48,397 nt of DNA. Origin: a virus. Its lineage: Duplodnaviria > Caudoviricetes. Location of the stretch: IMG/VR virus record IMGVR_UViG_3300025653_000057, positions 1 through 48,397 of that record, one strand, 5' to 3'. Numbering within the stretch: the stretch's first letter is position 1; each line of letters starts with the position of its first letter. The translations under genes and the position numbers were made by a program. The notes under the pieces were generated by a model. The model was not told the DNA's origin and searched no databases. It saw only the letters and a list, made by a program, of their open reading frames with translations. This document shows positions 16,748-24,307 of this stretch, piece by piece.

Positions 16748-17366
16748 TTCTTCTCCTATACCACTCTGCATATGTGGGGTCATTAATATCCATTTTAGTT
16801 TTGAACACCACAGAGGTTCTTAACTGATAACATTCTCTTGTCACAGGCATAGCCCTATGTGGTATCTTTGCTTTGAACAGAATAAGTCTGTTAAACTTGT
16901 ATGACGAATAATGAATACAGTCATCTTTCTCTTTGTTGTAAAAAGAAGTTCCACCTTCCCATTCAGCATCCCAACCCATACAAGGATAATAGAGAGCCGT
17001 TACATCACCGTCATCAGTATGTATGCTTCCATCCACTCCATATGTGTGTGAATTTGAATAATAGCGTGTCATATAATGTTTCACGCTGAAATGTTCTGTG
17101 ATTGCTTCTTCGACATAATACCAGAGATTTGAAATTTCATCTGGTAAAATACTCAAGTCTACTGATTCTGTATAAAGGTTTTGAACATCATTCCCTACAG
17201 AGCGATGCCAGTTCCACTTATCAACATTCTTATCTGATAGTCCTCTATTCCAACCAGCAATCCAACTCTTATCTTCAAAGAAAATATGATTGAATCTTTC
17301 TGCTTCCTCAACTGGCATTAAATCGTCAATGACTGCAATACCATCATCATTATAATATGTCAGCAT
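16740..17366 (-). CDS. 2OG-Fe(II) oxygenase
   Basis: IHTDDGD, WEGGT, NRLILF..IPH..RTSVVFK. Confidence 0.88.
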   Translation of the reverse strand: MLTYYNDDGIAVIDDLMPVEEAERFNHIFFEDKSWIAGWNRGLSDKNVDKWNWHRSVGNDVQNLYTESVDLSILPDEISNLWYYVEEAITEHFSVKHYMTRYYSNSHTYGVDGSIHTDDGDVTALYYPCMGWDAEWEGGTSFYNKEKDDCIHYSSYKFNRLILFKAKIPHRAMPVTRECYQLRTSVVFKTKMDINDPTYAEWYRRRNG

Positions 17367-17382
17367 ATCATCCTCATGTGGA

Positions 17383-17400
17383 AGGGGGCCGAAGCCCCCT
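17383..17400 (-). terminator. UUCG-capped hairpin after hsp20
   Basis: AGGGGGC-UUCG-GCCCCCU; weak U-tract. Confidence 0.6.
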
Positions 17401-17404
17401 GTCC

Positions 17405-17833
17405 TTATTTGATTTCAATTAACTTAGGCTTCTTCTCTTCTGGAATGATACGCTCAAGTTCGATTGTAAGCATTCCGTTTTTCAGTTCAGCACTCTTTAC
17501 TTCAATGTCATCTGCAAGTGTAAACTTACGATTAAACTTTTTGAAGGAAATACCTCTATGAATTAGTTCAGCACCATCACTGATATTTTCATAGGTTGAG
17601 CGAACTGTGATTTCACCTTGCTTATGCTCCACTTCTAAGTCCTCTTTTGAGAGGCCTGCAACCGCCAAGTCAATGAAGAACTCAGTCTCCGATTCCTTGC
17701 GAATGTTGTAGGGTGGGAAACCTGTTGACTGTGATTGATGCTCCGCATATTTCCACAAATTGTCGAATACACGGTCAAAGCCAACTGCATAAGGGGTGAG
17801 TCGATTAATATCGAAAGTAGTTAAATGTGTCAT
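17405..17833 (-). CDS. hsp20: Small heat shock protein (IbpA-like)
   Basis: GFPPYNI, LAVAG, HRGIS, AELKNGML, IIPEEKKPKLIEIK. Confidence 0.95.
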   Translation of the reverse strand: MTHLTTFDINRLTPYAVGFDRVFDNLWKYAEHQSQSTGFPPYNIRKESETEFFIDLAVAGLSKEDLEVEHKQGEITVRSTYENISDGAELIHRGISFKKFNRKFTLADDIEVKSAELKNGMLTIELERIIPEEKKPKLIEIK

Positions 17834-17838
17834 TTGCT

Positions 17839-17888
17839 AATCTCCTATTAAGCAAGATTGTTTTATAGATGGCCCATTATGGCGCCAT
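17839..17888 (-). promoter_or_regulatory. ROSE-like RNA thermometer in the hsp20 5' UTR
   Basis: AAUCUUGCU-UAAU-AGGAGAUU pairs the SD with a bulged G; upstream hairpin at 17869-17888. Confidence 0.7.
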
Positions 17889-17894
17889 ACGGTT

Positions 17895-17902
17895 TATTTA
17901 TA
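17895..17902 (-). promoter_or_regulatory. Late promoter TATAAATA upstream of hsp20
   Basis: Exact consensus. Confidence 0.75.
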
Positions 17903-18344
17903 GCCCATCAGGCTTGTTCTCTGCAATCTTTTTTGCTCTCGCATCAAGATATGTAGAGTACATGACTTCGTACAGATTCGGCTCACGATAGTTAGGCCCC
18001 TTCAGCACCTTACCATCTTCACGATAGATTGGCTTCCCATCTGCACCAAGTTTACTCATATTACTTCGTTGCACTTCAGCAAAGCATCTGTCTAAGTCGA
18101 TACCAAATGCATGACCTGCACCGTAAGTAACATAGAGTATATCGGTAAGAGCATCAGCAACCGCTACAAGGTTCTTTGCTTCGATTGCTTCTTTCAACTC
18201 ACCAAGTTCTTCTTCGATGAGTTCTACTCTTAATTTTTGTGTTTCTTCGTTTGGAAATTCTGGCTCAGTTTTTACTTCCTGTCCAAATGCATTCATAAAG
18301 TCCTCTACACCACGAAAGTTAGAGTATATCAATCTTTTTTCCAT
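17898..18344 (-). CDS. MazG-like NTP pyrophosphohydrolase (DR2231-like)
   Basis: LIEEELGEL, ADALTDILYVTYG, EVQRSNMSK, DGKVLKGPNY. Confidence 0.88.
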   Translation of the reverse strand: MEKRLIYSNFRGVEDFMNAFGQEVKTEPEFPNEETQKLRVELIEEELGELKEAIEAKNLVAVADALTDILYVTYGAGHAFGIDLDRCFAEVQRSNMSKLGADGKPIYREDGKVLKGPNYREPNLYEVMYSTYLDARAKKIAENKPDGL

Positions 18345-18345
18345 A

Positions 18346-18744
18346 CTATCTTTTCTTTCCAATATTATATTTAGCAGTCAAAATCCATTCGTCTTTTTCT
18401 TTATATGGTAGCACCTTAATTTGTGATAATGGTGCTACTGGTTCAGATGATTTACTTTCATCTGCTAGTCCAATCAATCCCCACTCAGCAAGTAAGTTAG
18501 CAATGGTATTTCGCCGTGCTTTATCATCATCAGTAAAGTTACTTGGCTTTCCATCAAGCGCAAACAACTCTTTGAAGTGTACAATATAATACTTACCTTG
18601 TTTGTGTAGAATGTGACAAGACTGATAGATTGTCTTATCTTTACGAGATGCAACACCAATACGAGTTAGTGTTTCTCTAATCTTTAGAAAATCATCATCC
18701 TCTTTTAATGTCACCTCTACGAGATTACTAATATCAACCGTCAT
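18346..18744 (-). CDS. regA: Translational repressor RegA
   Basis: DDFLKIRETLTRIGVAS, QSCHILHKQGKYYIVHFKELF. Confidence 0.96.
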   Translation of the reverse strand: MTVDISNLVEVTLKEDDDFLKIRETLTRIGVASRKDKTIYQSCHILHKQGKYYIVHFKELFALDGKPSNFTDDDKARRNTIANLLAEWGLIGLADESKSSEPVAPLSQIKVLPYKEKDEWILTAKYNIGKKR

Positions 18745-19129
18745 TACTCCCACCTTTTTCCAGTGTTTTTCTTATCTTTATTAATTGTTCTGAAGAAAGG
18801 ATAGAAAGGGCTTGTAATGCTTTAGAATCGTTGTAACCATAGTATTCTTTCACAACAGACAAATCGCCTTCATTATCTTTCTTCACCCATTTTGCAAACC
18901 TCTTTTTGGGTCTAACAGTATTTAGTAAATACTCGAACTGAAGGAGATTGTCTGTTTCCCAACGCTTATTCATCTCATTCGCAACACCAATTGTATCTAA
19001 ATGATAAGACAATGCACGATTAGTCATGTAAGAAGAATATGACTTCTCAGCGAGAGTGTCATTATCTGAACCTCGCATGAGATTCTTCTTACTAGTATTG
19101 ATAGCATTAATATAATCAAATGGATTCAT
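18734..19129 (-). CDS. gp62: Clamp loader small subunit
   Basis: PFDYINAIN, NRALS, ANEMN, KKRFAKW, VKEYYGYN. Confidence 0.92.
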   Translation of the reverse strand: MNPFDYINAINTSKKNLMRGSDNDTLAEKSYSSYMTNRALSYHLDTIGVANEMNKRWETDNLLQFEYLLNTVRPKKRFAKWVKKDNEGDLSVVKEYYGYNDSKALQALSILSSEQLIKIRKTLEKGGSNDG

Positions 19130-19884
19130 TCGTAAACTCTATTATATCTTAGATTTCCTGATATTGAAGTTCTTACTCCTTCACTCTTAAATGGATACAC
19201 TTGATGCTCCAGATAGTTTGGAAAGATAAACAATTCGCCCGTCTTTGGGGGAAATGACCTTTTGATAATACAGGCCAATGGATGAATGTTTGATGTTCCA
19301 TATCTAAACTCAATTGCGCCAGGTGCTACTCTTCTAGTGCTTTCATTATAACTGTTTTCTATCTCAGCGTCAAGTCCTTCAGGCACTTCTGTATAAAGAA
19401 CAAACGACATTTGGTCATCATGAGTGTGCAGAGGATTATAATCACCAGCAACCATATGATTTACCCACATAGTACTACACTCTAACGATTGACATATGTG
19501 ATTCACATTAAATTCTTCAGTTTCAGCCATAACCGAATGATTCAAAAATGCGTGTCTAGTATACGCATAGAAATATCTTGCAATTGTATTGAAAATATTA
19601 TATCTCGTTAAACCACTAAATCCAGTTTGTGTTTCTACTGCGCCCGCTAACTGATGAGCATAATTTGTTCCATCTTCATCTTTCTCGATTTGTTCCTTTA
19701 CAATATCAAGTTCTTCATCGGTGATTTGAAATTGACATAGTGGTGGACCCCAAGAATACCATTGATATGGAACAGTGTCATTGTTTTCCACATATTCAAT
19801 GACATTCTCTTCTTTCCACTTCTGCATTTCTTCAAGAGCCTTGGTCTCTTTTTCTTCATTCATTTGATTGATTATTGTTTCCAT
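19126..19884 (-). CDS. 2OG-Fe(II) oxygenase-like protein
   Basis: WVNHM..YNPLHTHD, GELFIFPNYLEHQVYPF..RTSISGN. Confidence 0.85.
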   Translation of the reverse strand: METIINQMNEEKETKALEEMQKWKEENVIEYVENNDTVPYQWYSWGPPLCQFQITDEELDIVKEQIEKDEDGTNYAHQLAGAVETQTGFSGLTRYNIFNTIARYFYAYTRHAFLNHSVMAETEEFNVNHICQSLECSTMWVNHMVAGDYNPLHTHDDQMSFVLYTEVPEGLDAEIENSYNESTRRVAPGAIEFRYGTSNIHPLACIIKRSFPPKTGELFIFPNYLEHQVYPFKSEGVRTSISGNLRYNRVYE

Positions 19885-20816
19885 TCTACTTCCACCATTA
19901 GTTCTGTCAGACACGCCATAAAGTTAATCTCTTGGTCAGCAACAAAAGCAGACTTATATTGGTAGTCGGCGAGTGTAACTACAGTCTGTGGTATGCTCTG
20001 AGGCTGAATGTATTCATTCATTCCATCATAAATTTTACGAAAAAGTGGCGCTACATCACCATCGACATTCTGTGCTACCCATTTACGAACAGCACTAAAC
20101 TCTTTGTTCTTTATTGCATCAATAAGAGTTTTAATATTTGTATCTGAAAGATTAGATAAAATACCAGAGTCAATAAAACCAGTAGCAGAATATCTCTGTA
20201 GTTCATTTAAGATTCTCCTATTATCTGGAAAGTGTTTCTTGATTACTTCAGCAACAACCTTTTGCTCATACTCCACCTGTTCTAGTAGAAGAATCTTCTG
20301 CACCATACCAAAAAACTCTTTAGCCATTTGAGGTTTGTCAGCATTGCTAATTTTGAAATCTACGACAGAACAACGACTTTGTAATGGTGCGATAATTTTA
20401 TTAACAAAGTTGCAAGTAAGAATAAAACCACAGTTGGCACTGTATTCTTCCATAAAGTTTCTCAGTGCTGGTTGCACAGAGTTTGGATTTAGATAGTCTG
20501 CTTCATCTAAGATAACATACTTTCGACCACCAGCAAGTGATACTGATGATGCAAAATTTCTCAGTTCATTTCTTAGAACATCAATAGAACGACCTTCATC
20601 GGAGCCATTGATTAAAATGTAATCACAGTCCAACTCTTCTAACATGGCTCTAGCAATAGTAGTCTTACCTACACCAGCAGAACCAGTTAGAAGAAGGTTT
20701 GGAATGTTTTTATTATCTACGAAAGTCTGAAAGGTTTCTTTCAGTGAGGGTGGCAGAACAGTATCCTTAACCATCTTTGGTCGATATTTCTCTACCCATA
20801 AAAATTGCTCACGCAT
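19872..20816 (-). CDS. gp44: Clamp loader large subunit
   Basis: LWVEKYRP, GSAGVGKTT, ILDEAD, LQSRC. Confidence 0.96.
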   Translation of the reverse strand: MREQFLWVEKYRPKMVKDTVLPPSLKETFQTFVDNKNIPNLLLTGSAGVGKTTIARAMLEELDCDYILINGSDEGRSIDVLRNELRNFASSVSLAGGRKYVILDEADYLNPNSVQPALRNFMEEYSANCGFILTCNFVNKIIAPLQSRCSVVDFKISNADKPQMAKEFFGMVQKILLLEQVEYEQKVVAEVIKKHFPDNRRILNELQRYSATGFIDSGILSNLSDTNIKTLIDAIKNKEFSAVRKWVAQNVDGDVAPLFRKIYDGMNEYIQPQSIPQTVVTLADYQYKSAFVADQEINFMACLTELMVEVEWKQ

Positions 20817-20843
20817 AATTCACCATAATATAATTGTTGGAAA

Positions 20844-21053
20844 CTACTTCTTGCTTTCTTTTTTCGTTTCCTGTTCCTGTTCAGTTGTGGGGGCTTGTGC
20901 TTGTTGCTGTTGGAACTGTGCTAGGTGTTCAGCAATAACTTGTCTTACACTACCAACCGCCGCTAGTTCTGGCCCCTTAAAAGAACCACGCTGGGCTCCA
21001 GTATCAATAATTTGAATCATGCTTTGAAGAAGTGCTGGGTCTACGCTAATCAT
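20844..21053 (-). CDS. Hypothetical protein
   Basis: IIDTGAQRGSFKGPELAAVG. Confidence 0.7.
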   Translation of the reverse strand: MISVDPALLQSMIQIIDTGAQRGSFKGPELAAVGSVRQVIAEHLAQFQQQQAQAPTTEQEQETKKESKK

Positions 21054-21726
21054 TATTATACTCCGAATTTGTTTCAGTGGCAACCCAATACTCAATCTGT
21101 TCTGAAGTATTCTTGAAGTGAGAGATACCAGCCTTGGAAATCTTCACATCATAGTCGCCTGGGATAAATTTAAGGTTTTCAGTTTTGAATATCATATCGA
21201 AAATTGCACCGTTACTTGGAGCAACATCACGACTGTATTCATTGGATGTTGGATTCTTGGTGTCGGTTGCAACAAGAGAGATACCCATTGTGCCACCACG
21301 AACTACAACATGAGGAAGACCCAGTTGATTGGATGCAGATACGACCGCCTTCAAATCACCAGCAGTGACAGTGAATGAAATCTCTGGGTCAGGCATATCA
21401 ATATTTTTCTCTGGTGGTGATGTCACCATAGAAGGGTCAGTGTAAGTATAACGAGAACGAGACTTATTACTCTCATCACGAATCGTTACATCCATTTCAC
21501 CAAATGCAAAGTCTGCATTTTCAAATAGACTAGCAAGGCCTAGAAACTGGTTCAGTTCATAGATAGCAAAGTCTTGTGGGAATGTCTCATCCACCACTGC
21601 TTGAGCGAGGATGTTCTTTTGTTCACTCACTGTGCGGAGTGTATTCCCTCGCTTGAATGCAAGAGAGGGATTGATTGTCGAAAAGTTCTTCAACACATCA
21701 AAAGTCTTGTCACTGATTCTCATCAT
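21046..21726 (-). CDS. gp45: Sliding clamp
   Basis: LKNFSTINPS, FAIYELNQFL, ENLKFIPGDYDV, YWVATE; synteny. Confidence 0.95.
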   Translation of the reverse strand: MMRISDKTFDVLKNFSTINPSLAFKRGNTLRTVSEQKNILAQAVVDETFPQDFAIYELNQFLGLASLFENADFAFGEMDVTIRDESNKSRSRYTYTDPSMVTSPPEKNIDMPDPEISFTVTAGDLKAVVSASNQLGLPHVVVRGGTMGISLVATDTKNPTSNEYSRDVAPSNGAIFDMIFKTENLKFIPGDYDVKISKAGISHFKNTSEQIEYWVATETNSEYNND

Positions 21727-22006
21727 TATCTACCTCAGTTCTGTTTTCAATTGAATCAATATAAAGTGCCATTATAGCATAGTGAACGACCTTTAGCAAG
21801 TCATTTCTATTCTTACCATCTTTCTTTCCATAGCGTTGGCAATACTTGATGATGTTACCCATACAAAAACCTTCGCCGTGTCCACTGTCGATAATAAACT
21901 CAGTAGACTGGAACTTATTGAAAGAGTAGTGACCATCGTAAGTGGCGGCCACATAATCATAGACCTCTTTCAGAATTTTATCTTCATCAAACTTGAACTT
22001 ACTCAT
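21710..22006 (-). CDS. DUF3310-like protein
   Basis: TYDGHYS, GFCMGNIIKY..RYGKK..DLLKVVHY. Confidence 0.8.
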   Translation of the reverse strand: MSKFKFDEDKILKEVYDYVAATYDGHYSFNKFQSTEFIIDSGHGEGFCMGNIIKYCQRYGKKDGKNRNDLLKVVHYAIMALYIDSIENRTEVDNDENQ

Positions 22007-22866
22007 TTTTTCATCAACTTAATTTCATCAGGGTCAGCAGTTGCAGTAGCACCAAGTGCCGCAAGGTCACTCAGACTACCACCGAAAGTATATGAGCCAG
22101 TGTGGAGAAGTTTCATCCAAGGACACATCCAAGTCTTCACACCGACTTTACGCATCCACTGACAGAACATATAATCTTCTGACAGATATCGTTTTGACTC
22201 AGGGTCAATCAGTGCTTGGAAATACATCATGATTTCACGACTACCATCAAAGTGTTTTGTGCGAACATGGTCAGGCTTATAAGAATAATCTGGATATGCT
22301 TCATTAAATTTTTTGAAAGCATTCTTTGTTACCATCATAAAACCAGTGCCACCTTCAAGCACAGGAACAGGCTCATCAAGTCTCACTTGAGATTGTCCTG
22401 TATCTGGATTGAAAACATAGTCACCAACAAAACGCTCCAGTTCGCCTGGATTCTCATCAGCATATCCTTTGTCTACAGCCCGCTTAATCTTTTCCCAAGC
22501 GATAGTCTTCTTAGGATATGGGCCACAGAGAATGTCCATACGCTTCTCAGGGTCTTGTTCTTTCTCATCACAAAGAGCGGCTAGTGTCAAAACATCATTA
22601 GGGTCGAATCCAATATCGGAGTCGATGAACATAAGATGTGTATAGTCACCACGCATGAACTCATCCACGCAATAGTTTCTCGCTCTTGTGATTAGGGATT
22701 CGTTGAAGAGATAAAAGAACTTGATGTCCATCTCATATAGCGCACCAAGTTTTGCTAAGTCGGCAGTTGACTTGGTATACATACCATGACAGTTACCACC
22801 GTACATAGGTGTAGCGACAAAGATTTTCTTTTTCTTTAGTTCGCTCAATTCAATTGTGATTTCCAA
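22003..22866 (-). CDS. GT-A fold glycosyltransferase-like protein
   Basis: VATPMYGG, ESLITRARN, LMFIDSDI (DxD), GTGFM, LSEDYMFC; TTG start with AAGGAG RBS. Confidence 0.8.
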   Translation of the reverse strand: MEITIELSELKKKKIFVATPMYGGNCHGMYTKSTADLAKLGALYEMDIKFFYLFNESLITRARNYCVDEFMRGDYTHLMFIDSDIGFDPNDVLTLAALCDEKEQDPEKRMDILCGPYPKKTIAWEKIKRAVDKGYADENPGELERFVGDYVFNPDTGQSQVRLDEPVPVLEGGTGFMMVTKNAFKKFNEAYPDYSYKPDHVRTKHFDGSREIMMYFQALIDPESKRYLSEDYMFCQWMRKVGVKTWMCPWMKLLHTGSYTFGGSLSDLAALGATATADPDEIKLMKK

Positions 22867-22938
22867 CTCAAAAACTCCTTATAATAAAAACATTGCGTAG
22901 AGTATATATCAACAATGCCTTGGTTGTCAAGGCAATAC

Positions 22939-23033
22939 GAGCAGTTTTATGACTTGCTCAGGTCGTTCTATGTATACCAGCATTTTTAGTCCGAGGCCAA
23001 CTCAGCGACAGGGAACTACTGGCTTACCCTATC
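22939..23033 (-). ncRNA. Candidate double-pseudoknot ncRNA
   Basis: Five mutually compatible helices in an intergenic gap (see findings). Confidence 0.5.
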
Positions 23034-23047
23034 TATTTAGGACACCT

Positions 23048-24202
23048 TTAGAAAGGAACATTATCAGTAACTTCCTCAGAAGTCTCAGTCTGCTCCTCTA
23101 CACCAGAATCAACTTTGGTATAGAGGTCTTTGAAGGACTGCTTAGTATCCTCATCGAAACGATTGATACACATCTCAATAGCAGTCATCTTATCACTGAA
23201 GATGCTGTATGCTTTTGCAATGTGAACCAAACGGCGAGTTGATACAATCTCATCGACACCACCATCGTAGAATGTCTTACGAATGATGTCAGCCCAGTCT
23301 ACCAGTTTCTCGACAAACTCAGCATCATTAATACCAAGGTCATCAAACACCTTACCAAGAATCTTTTTCTCAGTAGTAACTGGTGGATATTCCTGTTCGA
23401 CAGTGATAGGGAAACGCTCAAGAAACGCTTCGTTCATCACATTAGTTCCGATAAAGCGTCCATCATCAGAACCCTTACCTTTAGTGTTTGCAGTAGCAAT
23501 CACAGTAAAGCCAGGGGCAGGCTTGACATACTCACCAGTCTTTTTGATGAAGTATCCCTTACCTTCTAGAATTGACTGAAGACACATCACCTTGGCAGGA
23601 TTAGCAAGGTCAAGTTCATCAAGCAGAGCAACTGCACCCTTTTCCATCGCTTTGATGATAGGGCCTTTGAAGAACTTGGTATCACCGTCAATCAGACGGA
23701 AGCCACCAATCAAATCGTCTTCATCAGTCTCAACAGTAAAGTTGATACGAATGACTTCACGATTGGTTTGAGCGCAGGCTTGCTCAATACCGAATGTTTT
23801 ACCATTACCTGACAGACCTGTCACATAAACTGGATAGAACATTTTAGAAGCAACGATTTGCTTGATTTTGGTAAAGTTACCAAATGGAACAAACAAAGGG
23901 TCTTTCTCTGGAACAAGATTTTCAGTGAAAGATTCTGTAGTCACATTCATATCCTTTACCAAAGCGGCAGGCTGTAGAGCAACTTGCGTTTCAGGCTTTG
24001 GAGTAGGAACTGGTTCTGCACCAGCAACAGGAAGACGATACATACCACGGTCGATACGATACTTATTACCACGCACCAACCATACTGGCTTCTTAAAGCC
24101 CTCAGTTTCCATCAACTCAAGAATCTGTTGACGAGTAATAGTGTTACCGTATTTTTGGGAAGCGGCAGTAACAAACGCTTCTTGGTTTTTAGTGAGTTTC
24201 AT
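23048..24202 (-). CDS. cobS: CobS-like MoxR AAA+ ATPase
   Basis: GLSGNGKT, ETDEDDLIGG, LLDELD, ATANTKGKG, NEAFLERF. Confidence 0.9.
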   Translation of the reverse strand: MKLTKNQEAFVTAASQKYGNTITRQQILELMETEGFKKPVWLVRGNKYRIDRGMYRLPVAGAEPVPTPKPETQVALQPAALVKDMNVTTESFTENLVPEKDPLFVPFGNFTKIKQIVASKMFYPVYVTGLSGNGKTFGIEQACAQTNREVIRINFTVETDEDDLIGGFRLIDGDTKFFKGPIIKAMEKGAVALLDELDLANPAKVMCLQSILEGKGYFIKKTGEYVKPAPGFTVIATANTKGKGSDDGRFIGTNVMNEAFLERFPITVEQEYPPVTTEKKILGKVFDDLGINDAEFVEKLVDWADIIRKTFYDGGVDEIVSTRRLVHIAKAYSIFSDKMTAIEMCINRFDEDTKQSFKDLYTKVDSGVEEQTETSEEVTDNVPF

Positions 24203-24240
24203 AACAAGTCCTCTCTCAAAGGTTTCACAATTTTTTAATC

Positions 24241-24279
24241 TCACAGTATTAATATAGTTGGCTCAGTATCATATGTCAA
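24241..24279 (-). promoter_or_regulatory. Early sigma70 promoter TTGACA-N17-TATATT
   Basis: Variant of the repeated element with upstream A-tracts. Confidence 0.8.
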
Positions 24280-24307
24280 TGGCAATGAGCCAACTTTTTT
24301 CATTTTT

